Source: Acanthaster planci (Eukaryota). From it: 64,000 nt of DNA. The notes below the pieces were generated by a model. The model was not told where the DNA came from, made no database searches, and saw only the letters and a list, made by a program, of their open reading frames with translations. Both the position numbers and the translations under genes were made by a program. Of this stretch, positions 39,901 to 51,720 are shown piece after piece. Location: assembly GCF_001949145.1 (NCBI RefSeq), contig NW_019091357.1, positions 248,001 to 312,000 of the forward strand. The letters run 5' to 3'. The first letter of the stretch is position 1. Every line of letters starts with the position of its first letter.

Positions 39901-42900
39901 ACCATTAGTGTATGTTTTACAGCTGTAGCCGTAGCTTTTAGACACAGTCTTTCCTGCTCCTATTGGTTGTGTGCCTTAGGTGTACAGTGCACTATGTGGT
40001 CCACCCGTAAGAGTGGGTGCATAGCATTTGTCAATGCGTTGGTTTACTTCCTGCACTGCACATGAACGCTGCACCACCAAGGGTCATCTTTACCCTTGCT
40101 CTGTCTTTGACATTACTTAGCAAGATTGGCATCAACAGCATGAATGGAACTATCTTTGGGATCGTTAGCACAATATTGAACTTTTTTTAACAGGAACAAG
40201 GAAGGATGTCATTCAGTGATTTGAAGAAATCCATCAACTGGGGTACGAAGCAGGCAATGGGGTAAGGAGAATTGTCTCTCTGCTGAGCCAAAATAATAGA
40301 AAACAAAATCAGTTACTAAACAAACTTTTTGTGTAATCTGTGTTACTAGTGATCAATTTTCTTCCCTTTTGTTTCTTTAACGAGAGAATTGGATAAAGAT
40401 TTCCCACATATGAAAATGGAGTTTTACTAATTTTATCCGTTTCCCAAGTTTTTTGCTGTTTTTTACCCCACCCCTTCCCAAAAAGCAAACAAATTGTATA
40501 ACTAGCAAATCAATTTGGAGTGTGCATGCTTAAAGAACATTCAGTAGCAAGAACACTGAAAGGACTTTTGTTTGTTTTTATCTCGCCTTTAGTAAAGAAA
40601 AACCTCTCACCAACTGGACTCGCCTTCCAGGTCAGATGTGTCGCATCCCAAACAAACTGAGTTTGGCCTTAGCTGGAGACAAGAAAGGATGCTTTGTCCT
40701 GAAATTTTCACCCAGCGGCAGGTTAGAAAAACATATCACTTTGAAAAACCATTTCTTACCTGAGGAGCTCAAGATAACATAACATTAATTTGGTCGACTG
40801 GCTTTACTGCTTAGAACTTTGAATGTTACTCTTCTCCTACTGGGTTAGACGCTTTGTTTTAGTAATTACTTCTTGTCTCTTATTCGTGAAGGTTTCTTGC
40901 CTGTGGATGCAAAGACAGAGAAGGTTACCCAGTCTTGGTATATGAGGTAAATCAGCGCATTTTAAAAACCAGTTTGATATAAAGGCTCTTGTAATTCCAA
41001 GACTGAAAAAGCTGGATAGTATTCTGAACTTGAATCTTTTCATTATGATCAGATTCCCTCTGGGCGATTCAAATGCCAATTTCCTGGACACTACAGCCTG
41101 ATCTATGACATCAGTTGGGCAGCTAACGACAACGAGATCTTGACGGCCTCGTCCGATGGTACAGCTCGTATCTGGAACCTAGAAACTCCAGACAGTGCAG
41201 CTGAGAAAGTCTTCCCTCACCCAGCTTTTGTCTATACAGCCAAATTCCATCCCCAAGCTGACCATCTAGTGGTCAGTGGAGGCTATGATCATGTGGTCCG
41301 AGTGTGGAGCAAGAAGAATGACAGTCAAACAGCAGAGGTAAAAGCAGATCTAAAGATTACTACTTAAGTTTGAGGTACAGTTGGAGGCCATAAATCTCTG
41401 TGGGAATATTAAAGAGAGGTTTCGTTAGAATGTGAAGTTCTTTGCAGAGCAACACATGCTCAAAGAAATCTCATTGTCAAAGACTTCGCTCCTGAAAGTG
41501 AGAAAAACTCCAGAAGCTGATTCAGTTGGGACTTGAACTTCTAACCATTTTGTTTCTAGTGTAGATGTCTTCACCACTTGAACTTTGGCCTCATTTGAGC
41601 AAGCTCTGGTCAGTTCCAGTTTGATAGCAGATTACATTATGGCTAGTATTTACAAGTTGGTGAACTCTACGTTCCACATTGTGTGCAGCTTCTTCAAGAG
41701 CTAGATGGGCACAAAGGCTTTGTCAACTGCCTCTGCTTTTCACGGGATGGCAAAACCATGTTCTCCGGCGACAGTGTCGGTGTCATCATCAAGTGGAATG
41801 CAGCTGTCATGGCCAAAGCTGCGACCTCAGGTAGGTAATGACCTCTGTGTGACCCTGGTCATGACCTCAGGTAGGTAATGACCTCTGTGTAACCCTGATC
41901 ATGTCCTGGTAGTAAAGAATGCAGCATACTCCTGGAATAAAGCCCTTTTATTTTGATATGAAATGATGTTTTCTAACTACCTGCAGATCCTAAGACCTAA
42001 ATCTCATCAGTGCTTCAGAATAACGTGATAGAGGGAATGTTGAGGGAGTGAGAATGGCTGAAAATGATGGCTTATCAACCATTTGTAATGTTGTAGCAGT
42101 TAGGTTGTTTTTCCTCATGATAAAATTTTCTAGCTAGAATTCTTCCAATTAAATTTAGATGTTAAGATTAAAAAGAGTTTTGACTCTCATAACATCGCTG
42201 TGTAAGTACATCAGTGTGGTTCAAAAGCCAGAGAAAACTAGAAGTAATTTCTTCAATCAAGTTTGGATTCAAAGATAAAGCTTGACCAATCTAGCCATGT
42301 TGTCACGTAGACCGTCAAGTGAAATTTGGATCAACCAGTGACTCATTGGAGAGCACAGGTGCAAGACCAAAGGAACTTGAACAAAAACTCACCGGGATAT
42401 TGAAGCAGAGAGGTACAGATAATGTCTTGCTTTATGCTTGATCAAAAGCCCACCAAAGGAATCTGTTATATGTGCCAAGAGCCAAGAAACATTGTAGAAT
42501 TGTTTCTTTCCTTCATCCGCGTTTAAGTCAGTCATTAAAGTTTGAACAGTTTGCGAAGTGTCTTTGTAGCTGGCTGAGCAAAATGCAAGAAGTAGTTATT
42601 AGCAATCATATGCTGGTGTAGAATGCACAATTTTCTTTTATTTTTTCTGAGAGCATCAGTTTCATTGTTGTTCAGTGTCAAAATACTTAGGCTGACCAAA
42701 CTTGTACCCATCAAGGGTAATTCCAGAAATCAGGGGTCCAAAAGTGTGACATTTGCGTGTCTCTGTTACATCTGACCTTTGTTATTTCAAACTGGAATCA
42801 GTCTAAGTAGCGCACCTTATGAAGCAAAAGCTTGCCAATGGGAGACAGACATAGGGCAGCAGACATAACCAGTCCTTCACAGTATTGAGTGTGCTCAGAA

Positions 42901-45900
42901 CTATGCCCGCCTGCTCAGAACAACGCGTGCATGCTGAGTAAAACAATCCGGTATGTTTGTCACCACCATGCATCTCAAAGTCTCCCATTGGCTGATGAGG
43001 TCAGGAGCAGGACATGTGTTTCTATGGGAACTAGCTTGCCAATAGCTTTCATATGGACACATGGTCATTTTCAAACACGGCCATAATTCTCTGATGACAC
43101 AGTCCACGTGGCCTTCACTCAGACTTTTTCTACCAAGCTGCACGGCATCTTTTATCACTTATGCATTAGAGTCCATTTACATTTAAGGGTCTTGTATTAG
43201 ATTTTGATTTTGAATTCTTGTAGTGTCATTCAGCCAAGGTAAGGATGATGGAACTCTCCTATAGATCTCTCCCTCTGGACACCATCTTTGTAGGAAATTG
43301 CAACTGTGTATATAACACCAACAGGTGCGTGTCTGCGCATTGGGCAAAATGTTCCAAAGTCGAGCTCGTGCTGATCCAAATATGCTCGAAATGTGGCGCA
43401 GCTGATGCACATCACAAAAATTGAAGAGCAAAATGCTGATGCACGCGGCAATCTGTAGAAAGTGACGTCCTTAGAGAGAGACCTATTATGTTCTGGAGTA
43501 ACAGGAACCAATCACTTTGTGTTTGTTAGCTATACAGGAAGATATTGGTGTTAGGTGTGCATGTTTGCCTTGCCAACATTTTATAACGTTTGGGCTTTAT
43601 GACTTCATCAGTAATATACCATGTGCAGTTGAATGTTGCTTTACATTATATAAGCTGAATATAGGCATTGTGCAAAAGAATGACTTCACGGCATGACACA
43701 TAATACTGAAATCTAAAAAGCAATGTCTATCATGCACCCACCCTCGTGGTAGGAATTGTGATTTTTTTTGGACTAGGTGTCATTAAAATCAAGTGTGCCA
43801 TGTACACGTACTTGCAGACCATTGCATTCCTGTTATATACCCCTGCTGTGCTGTGTGAACCATGATACAGTGTGCCATTTATAGATGTTCACTTAAAAAA
43901 AGCCAAAAGTTTCTTGGTTGAGCTCTGTTCTAGACAGTTGCATGCAGTTACAGTGGCTGCTAAAAATGACACAGGGGCTTATGAAAATCAGTGGCTAATG
44001 GCTGGAGTAATTTCTCATAGATGTATGTGTAACTGGTAGCCATAGCCAGTTCTGTTGGACATAGCCCGTGTCTTTGTGTTCACAAGGTAGTATAATGTGT
44101 TTGAGCTCATTGAACTGATGAGTTTATTTTCCAATCTGGTCAGGTGCTCCAGACAGGTGGTCAGTGGAGAAGGTCATCAATGAGAAGGAGCTGGAGGGAG
44201 TGACCATCAACTCTCTAGAGGTCCATCCTAGTGGACGCAGACTGCTCATCCATGGACGAGACAACAATCTCCGCATGATGGACCTTAGATTGTAAGCAAG
44301 GATCTAAGCAAATTCAGATCCAAATAAAGAGAAAATTTACAATTTCTCTTTTTCAGTATACCATTGGAAATAAGGATGACAAAGGACAGGTTGAATTCAT
44401 TTCATAATTTCAGTTTTTAATTCTTGTTTTTTCAAAAGGTTCACGGTCATGCAGCGTTATCTAGGTGCTTTGAATTTTCGTGAGCATGTCAGAAGCACCA
44501 TGACTGAATGTGGATCCTTTGTCATCTCAGGCAGTGAGGATCAACAAGCTTATGTCTGGAATACTGACACAGGCAAGTACCAGCCAAGATCAAATATTCT
44601 CACATGGAAATCTTGGACTTTACATGAGCCTACAGGCTGGCAGGCTCAATCTTCTTTTTAAAAAAATCTCAAGTCTTAGTTGAATTTAACATTTTTCATC
44701 ATTTCCATCTGTAACAAACTTCACAAATTGGTAAAATAATGAGAGTAAGAACTATCAACAGAAAACAAGATGTATTTGTACACATTTTGTTCTGTTTGTC
44801 TACAGGGGACCAAATAGCTGTATACTCCAACCTAGGCTACAAATACCCAGTAATGGCCGTAACTTACCACCCCTATGAACACATGGTTGCATTCTGTTCC
44901 CGGGGTGAGGGTCATCCTATCAAGGTCTACGTTTACGACGCCAAAGGTGGGTGACGAAATGGTAACAATTCATTATTATCCTGAGACCATTTTACCCTAA
45001 ATCTAAACAAAATACTGACCTATTGTTAATAGAAGTAGCTTTACTGACTACCATTTGAACTAACTTCATATAAAAATTGTGTTGTATGCAAAGTTTGATT
45101 GTAAAGAATCTCTCACCAGTTGTTTGTAGAAGACTGCTTATACTTCGTCTACTGCATTTGCCAAGCCTGGACTCTAAAGCCGTCTTGCACGTACACAGCT
45201 CCATTCATTAGATTTTCAAATAGCTAGCTGACATTATGTTTTTTTTAATAATACTTGATAGTGGCAACGGGCTACTTGAGCTGGACCAAGAGAGGGCGCC
45301 ATTGTTTTAGGAACGGAGGCTCCTTTGGTCAGAACTAAAGCTGGTTCAAGAACGACTAGGAAATACATGCGTCAGGGTCGCATCGCTACTAACAAAATGA
45401 ACCTTCCTGACCAACACAGCTCTTTTCAACTGATGAGTGGGTGCTTCTGCTCAAGGTGTATAATGAAGTCAACTTTCTGGTCTTTATTTCTAACCCTAGT
45501 TGCCCGGCTAGATTTGGGTCTCAAGTCAGCCTCAGGTGCCAAGGAGAAAGAGGAAGTAGGACCTGGTGTTGCTAAGGCAGAGGAGAGTCTCTTGAATCTG
45601 TTAGAGGCCAAGAGAGACCTCAAGGATGAACTGGACACAACAAAGACATTGCGAATGGAACGCGTTAAAGCCAAACTTGCTACAGTCATGGTACACTGCT
45701 TGACGTGTGTTTCTTGCAATGGTTTAGCAGTTTGGTTGAGGGTTTTTGGCCCGTTTAAGAGCAAGCTTAGTCACTTACTATTGCCATTCCTGAAATTTTT
45801 GTTGCTTTCATGGGTTGTTCATAGATCAGTTCCCTGATGACCATTGAACATGAAAAATTTAAAATTAATACAAGAAGTTTGTTTTTGCCACTGAATTTGT

Positions 45901-48900
45901 TCATGTAGAAATATTGTTTTAGCTGCAAGTATTTTTTGTCTAACATTTTCTTGTGCTTTTTCCATGAATAGTAAGAAAATGTCGATTGAAAGATTTTTGG
46001 ATACAGTTTTTTCATTGTTTTAGCTGCAAGTCTTTTTTGTCCAACATTTTCTCGTGCTTTTTCCATGAATAGTGAAAAAATGTCCATTGAAAGATTTTTG
46101 GATACAGTTTTTTCATTCTTCCGTCCCATGTTGAAATTCCTCATAAAATGTTAAAGTTACAAGTACATTCCATGAGCCTCCTCATTTAGTCTAGCTAGTT
46201 GCTGCTTTTTATGTTGTTACAGTAAATTGTTTTCTTTGCTTGCTGTTGGCTTTATTTCAAGATTTTTCATGTGTGCTGTTATTTTGCAATCTGCCTTTTC
46301 TTTGCATGTTTTGTCTTTGTTGCTGATTGCTGTTATGCCACCCATCTGCATTGATTGGACGTCCTTCATCCTGTTCTGGTATTTTTCATTCATTATGGGC
46401 CTGGATTTTAGGCTTTCAAGAAACTGGCTAAGGTAAAACCTATTCACATCCTGCCCATCACTAAGCCAGTTTGGTTTAATTAGGAGTTAGTTCAAAGTCT
46501 CTTTATTCAACCATCCCAAATTGTGTTATATAATACCTTCTGTTCTTACTGATTCTTACACTGTGCCAAACTTGTTCAAAGCTTCATTGGTATGTTACAT
46601 TTGCTGATTTTTTCAGATGCCTGTTCCCCTTTTAGAAAGACTGCCAATCTTGGCAATATTTGACCATCTGTCAAAAAATATCAAAAGAAATGCTTGCTCG
46701 AGACATTGATTAAAGAATACAAAATGTGTTTAAGGGTAACACCTCTGTATTTGGTTATTGATGATTTGTAAATTAATCTTGCTTTAGGGTAATCAGGAAA
46801 ATGCCCAAGAGCAGCAGTTACAGCAAAGTATGCTGGGTAATTCCTTTGTTCTCCCACCTGGGGGTGCTACTCCTATGCAGCAAACGTTAAGCACCTGGGG
46901 ATCTACCTTTGATGCTTCCATGTTCAAACCGCAGGTATGTCATTCTTGGCTGTTGTTTTGCCAGAGGGGAAATTGCATCTTGTTTATGTCATTGTTAAGT
47001 CCACTGGCTATTCTGTGTTTTTACTGTTGGAAGTTATTGAACCATTTGCATACCAATAACTTACTGATTATTGATGGACCTTGATTGATGCATCTTGAAT
47101 TGGTAAAAGTTTAGTGCAGACTAGTTCTTATTCACATGATCGTACACCTTGTGGGAAAATCATTTCTTTTTAAATCTTATGAGTGGGAGCAGAGTGTTAG
47201 GAAGTTTAGAATGGATGAATGTGGTGTGACACATATGCATGACACCTGTAGGTAACATTGTCATTTGACAATTGTTATGCATGTGGCACTGCTGTTTGTC
47301 TGTGACAACTGACACTGTTAATATACTGTCATTATGCATGTGTCACAAAACTGTCATGCTACACTATTGTTGCATGTATGACAGCCATGCAGTCGCATAT
47401 GTGACAATATTTTAGTGCTGTTAAAAACAAGTTACAAAACTTCGCAGCACAGAAAACAGGCAACTGTGGGATTGATTGAAGGTGTGGAAGTTGGAAGGTT
47501 AAAATGCACACTGTCTAATGTCAGGACATCTTTCCCTCCATTGCCAAGTAATGAATTTAGCCATGTGATGAAATTTAACATTTAAAATTTAGTTGTGAGG
47601 TTTGCTCTAGTTAGGTTGACAAAGACATTTTTATGGAAACCCATTGCATGTGGTTTTTAAAAAATTGAATTAGCATGGTTTTTGAATGAAAATTTTGAGG
47701 GTGTAAAATTTTTCAGCAAGGGGCAGAATTTTGCTTATCTATGTTTGCAAGAGTTTACATTTGTTGTAGAAAGGATGTAAGATCTTAATTTCAGAAATGC
47801 TGGACTTTCCTGGGTAGGATGCTAATGTCATGTTGCTTGCTGGTATGTATGTGTGTTGTTTAGCTGACCATGTCTTATCAGAATCAACTAGTGGGCCCAC
47901 AGATGCCCACACCAACACCTGCACAGCTTGATTCGCCTGGTGTGGTATGTATGAACAAATAAAAGGCCTACATTCCACAAAACTGCACCTGTAATTGCAC
48001 CTGCTGTGAACTAATGTTTTGGGGCGGTTAAAATCTGGTTGTTAATTGCGTACATTGTCATATTGCTTCTTTAATTTGATTTGTTTTGTCTTTTCACAAT
48101 TGATTTTTTCTCCCAACAGTGTTTTCATGTTGCACTTTATTTGGTTTTTCATTTGATGTTGAATGATATTCTATTTCCTATTTTGTTTTGAAGTATTTGT
48201 TACCGAGAAATTGTGCAACTCGTATGATGGAGAAACTTGTTTGTAAACCTAAAATCTTTACTCTGGCTATACATGTGCTTAGATGAGAGCGAAGATTTCT
48301 TGCAACTTTGTGATTTTCAAACTTAAATTCGAATTCATCCCAAGAAAACAAAAGCTGTTGCAAACATTGATGTGTGTCTCCTTTCATCAATTCTCAAGAT
48401 GAGAGATTTTGTAGCCAAGGTTCTGTGTAAACATCCCCCACCTGTACTAACTTCCAGAGTTTGATGGACTTGTGTTTTTTTTTTCTTTCTTTGGACTAAT
48501 CTCATGAATGCACTGCTAATGATTTTAAAGATCCTGTCAGAAGGTCATTTCCTTGTTTTTATTCCCCACAATCCCACTAGCTTGGGTTGTTCGATTACAC
48601 CCATTGTTGGCATGTGAATTTCTTTATAAACTTTCCAAACATCTTATGACAATGCTGGCTGTTGCTTTAAAGGCATGTGTATGGCATTAATGAAACAAGA
48701 TTATATTTCTGCAGCTAAAAGCTTTGAAAGTGAACAAGTAAGCTACAAACTCACCAAAGGGAGACAGGCTTCTGTCGTAGCCAAATCTTTCAACCATATT
48801 TTCTCTCATGACTGACATGTTGTGAAATCATGTTGATACAGGTTTTGTTTGGGTACACTGCTCAGCATGCCCGAGGCCAACTAATTGGAATTACTACCCA

Positions 48901-51720
48901 AGACTGAATATTTGTTCCTAAGAGTGTTAACATGAATTCACCCAATCCTTAGTAATTATTTCTTCGATTACTAAAACGTATTGAGCTGAACTGCCAGTTA
49001 TGCATTAATCTAATAACAGGTATTGATTGTATGGAGCTATGATCAGTACATGTATGTGTATACCACACACAGATTGGTTTGACACAAACATTTTGATTCA
49101 GGAGAAAAAGGTCATTGGCTAGTGTACCATTTAATGTACATTGCTTACTGTTCTCAGCCATAAAAGAGAACGCTTACGTTGTTTTTGCTTAGCACTTATT
49201 CCTATTAGGAGCTTACAGGAAATGGTGCCACTTTATAGATTTAATCTAGCATTTTATTGTACCTTGTTCTCAAATTTCAGAGTTCTTTCCTGGCAAATCA
49301 GTCCGTGCGGGGAGTACGGAGTTTAGGATTAAGTATGGGCGGGACAGGATGGACTCCACCCAGAGCTTACTTCCCACGAGCGTCCACACCTAGCATTGCC
49401 CTACAAGCAGTAAGTGTTGGTGACTTAATCACACAAACCAACATTCCCAAAGATTGTTGGGTTTTGCTCTTGCGAATAATGTGTTTAATGATTCAGACAC
49501 CAATGGTCCCAGTTCTGAATTTGAGACGTTGGATGCTCTCTCATAAACCCTAAAGACCAGGGGAGGAACAGCTACCTTCACCTTCAACACACCCTCCTCT
49601 CAAAAGAATCGAACCAACCTGCGTCGTGTGGTGGCGCTCTATGACTACACTGCTCAGCGATCTGATGAGTTAAACCTGCGTCAAGGAGACTGGATCTCAG
49701 TGCTTCACGAAGACAATGAGAACTGGTGGATGGGTCAGCTGGAGAACGGACAACAGGGTTACTTCCCTGCTAACTATGTGGCTGATGAATGTAAGAAGGG
49801 GGCGGGGAAAATATTAGGATGGAGGGATAACAGGTTCATGATGAATATGTAACAGATCATTGTAAGGATGGATGAGTGGGGGGAGGGGCTCAGTTAAGAA
49901 GGTAGGGGGTGGATAGGAATTGGTCATATTACTGCTGTATTGGTTAGACAAGACTTCAGTGCCAAACCATTTGCACTAGACTTTCACCCACGCCTAGCCG
50001 TGACCTGAAGGGAACAGTTAAACGCCTTCCATTTAGATTCAACTTGTTTCTGTGAGGGGAAATATCCTGCACATCTATGACTTATACCACAATGGTAAAA
50101 TGATTTTATTGTTATTTAATAATTTAACATTATTTTTTGTGCAATTTCTGTGAAGGAGATGACCATGAGGTTGAAGCACTGTTGTTACAGAGGTTGATTT
50201 TTATTAATTAGCAAGATACATCCTTTTTACTCTGTGATTCTCAAATGTTTACTGCCGATAATAGCACACTTTATCCAGAAAGGATTGTGTCCTACTGATA
50301 GCTAACGTTTGCCCATGCAATTCTGGGAGCAGACTTCCTCATGAGACTCAGAATTACAGAAGAAACATTTGGCATTTGCTTTGTGTTCTTTGGTCTGTGG
50401 ATGGACAGATTTTGAAGAGGAACAGGAAGTCAAATATCTTGGGGAAATTCCCGGTAGTACCGGGGCAGAAGAGACCGACTCGGCTAGTACTACACCACGC
50501 AGGAGGGGCAAGACAAAATTCAAAAAGGACGGGTCAAAGGTCAGTTACTACAGTTACTACAGTTTCATCGAAAGTGTATTTTGGTATATTTGGGATTTTT
50601 CTAACCATCAGTTTTTTATTGGTATTTATTGCTTTGATAATGTACTCTAGTGGACCTAGTCGCTGCCGGCTTATGTGACCATCAGTAGTTGTATTGATAT
50701 TGACTTGGTTATAATACAAAAACTACATTAGTATTACCTGTGCTGCCAAAACATGTTTTTGGGTGACAACAGGAATTCTTGAAGTTATTTTATTGTATTT
50801 TGTCTCCTACAGATGACAGCAGTTGTCACTAAAAGCGGTGAACTTAAGATCTTGTCAGCTGCAGAGGACAGTGATCTAGACATCACACCAGCTACAAGGT
50901 AAAAGATTTTAATGTTTTATTTCTTGTCAGAAAGCACTGAGCATGCAGTGGTAGCAACATTTTGTCAGGTAGGCCAATAATCATTTTACAGTTTACGTAA
51001 CAAAACTCTCATGAAAATTTCTTCAACAGTCAGAGGAGAAGGAAGAAGAAAACCCTATCCCGAGAGCTTGCAGTGGATCTTAGCCGCAATGGGAGCGATA
51101 TTGCAGATGAAGACACCACACCTCGCAGGCAGCGAACCAGGACAAGGACATCAAGTGCCCAGAGACGTCTAGCGTCCTCCTTTGACACTGTGGATGTTGG
51201 CATTCCACCAAGATCTCACAAGAAACGCTCCAAGACTGTGGATGACACAGTGTTGTCAAATGAGGACCTAGCAGGGAGTTCCAGAACAACATCACGCCTC
51301 AGCAAGACAATGTCACAGGAAGAACTTTTAGCTGGATCTGAGGACGTTAAACAGAGGACTCCAAAACCTCGCAAAAAGCACTCCAAGACAGCTGGCAACA
51401 CTCTACTATCAAGCGAAGAACAAAACTCCAAAACAAATCCTAAAATTTCTAAGACATTATCAAGGGAGCAACTTCTGAGCGGATCTGAGGACATTGAACC
51501 AAGGACACCAAAACCTCGCAAGAAGCGCTCAAAGACTTCAGAGGAGGCAACTCTGTCCAATGGCAACACCGTTGGGAGTTCCAGGAAACCAGAGCTTAAG
51601 TCAGCTTCCCAAGATGGGTATCTGAGTGGGTCCCAAGAAGAGGTGGAACCAAGGACACCAAAGGAGAAGAAAGGTGGAAAGAGGAAACAGAAGATGAACC
51701 ACACTGAGAGGACAGTTTAA
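33960..51720 (+). CDS. AHI1: Jouberin / AHI1 (charged N-terminus, C2-like region, WD40 repeats, SH3, long basic tail), ~1421 aa, ~29 exons
   Basis: Phase-consistent exons: 33960-33975, 35218-35280, 35614-35692, 36083-36146, 36372-36637, 36882-37099, 37583-37808, 38033-38128, 38830-38932, 39191-39286, 39397-39495, 39664-39789, 40194-40261, 40593-40721, 40892-40946, 41053-41337, 41689-41830, 44144-44291, 44439-44572, 44806-44946, 45500-45690, (46412-46432), 46788-46934, (47864-47944), 49281-49409, 49556-49790, 50409-50539, 50813-50898, 51030-51720. Diagnostic peptides: [54 protein letters not shown], and SH3 [27 protein letters not shown]. Bracketed and N-terminal exons are less certain. Confidence 0.93.
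34405..34651 (+). repeat. 21-bp minisatellite, ~11.7 copies, in AHI1 intron 1
   Basis: Unit agggcatgtagggagagca(c/t)g. Copies are nearly identical, differing mainly at the CpG/TpG position. Confidence 0.98.
38424..38797 (+). mobile_element. Full-length tRNA-derived SINE
   Basis: A-box-like tgacctagtgg (38432) and B box ggttcgaatcc (38476-86). Central segment ctctccacccaggagtaaatgggtacc...actccccagggagctgag. LINE-like tail ending in (tta/ttg)n. A second tail copy lies at 33393-33461. Confidence 0.85.
41490..41592 (-). mobile_element. Degenerate tRNA-derived SINE head
   Basis: The minus strand reads ggccaaagttcaagtggtgaagacatct...agttcaagtccc, with A/B-box spacing but no intact cloverleaf. 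Confidence 0.45.
41823..41902 (+). repeat. 40-bp tandem duplication containing an AHI1 splice donor
   Basis: gacctcaggtaggtaatgacctctgtgt(g/a)accctg(g/a)tcat occurs twice. Confidence 0.9.
45278..45478 (+). mobile_element. Internally shortened copy of the 19070-19745 dispersed repeat
   Basis: Shares both terminal segments with the minus strand of 19070-19745. Confidence 0.65.
45914..46115 (+). repeat. ~101-bp tandem duplication (2 copies), intronic
   Basis: ttgttttagctgcaagt...gaaagatttttggatacagttttttca starts at 45914 and at 46015. Confidence 0.9.

Noticed and set aside
5005..45460. Hammerhead ribozyme cores (CTGATGA at ~5009, 39342, 42992, 45430 and others)
   Set aside because: None of those inspected is followed by stem II plus GAAA with closing stems.
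48715..48737. AG/GT-bounded 23-nt segment as an AHI1 microexon
   Set aside because: It is not a multiple of 3 between phase-0 exons and would frameshift before the SH3. There is no other support.
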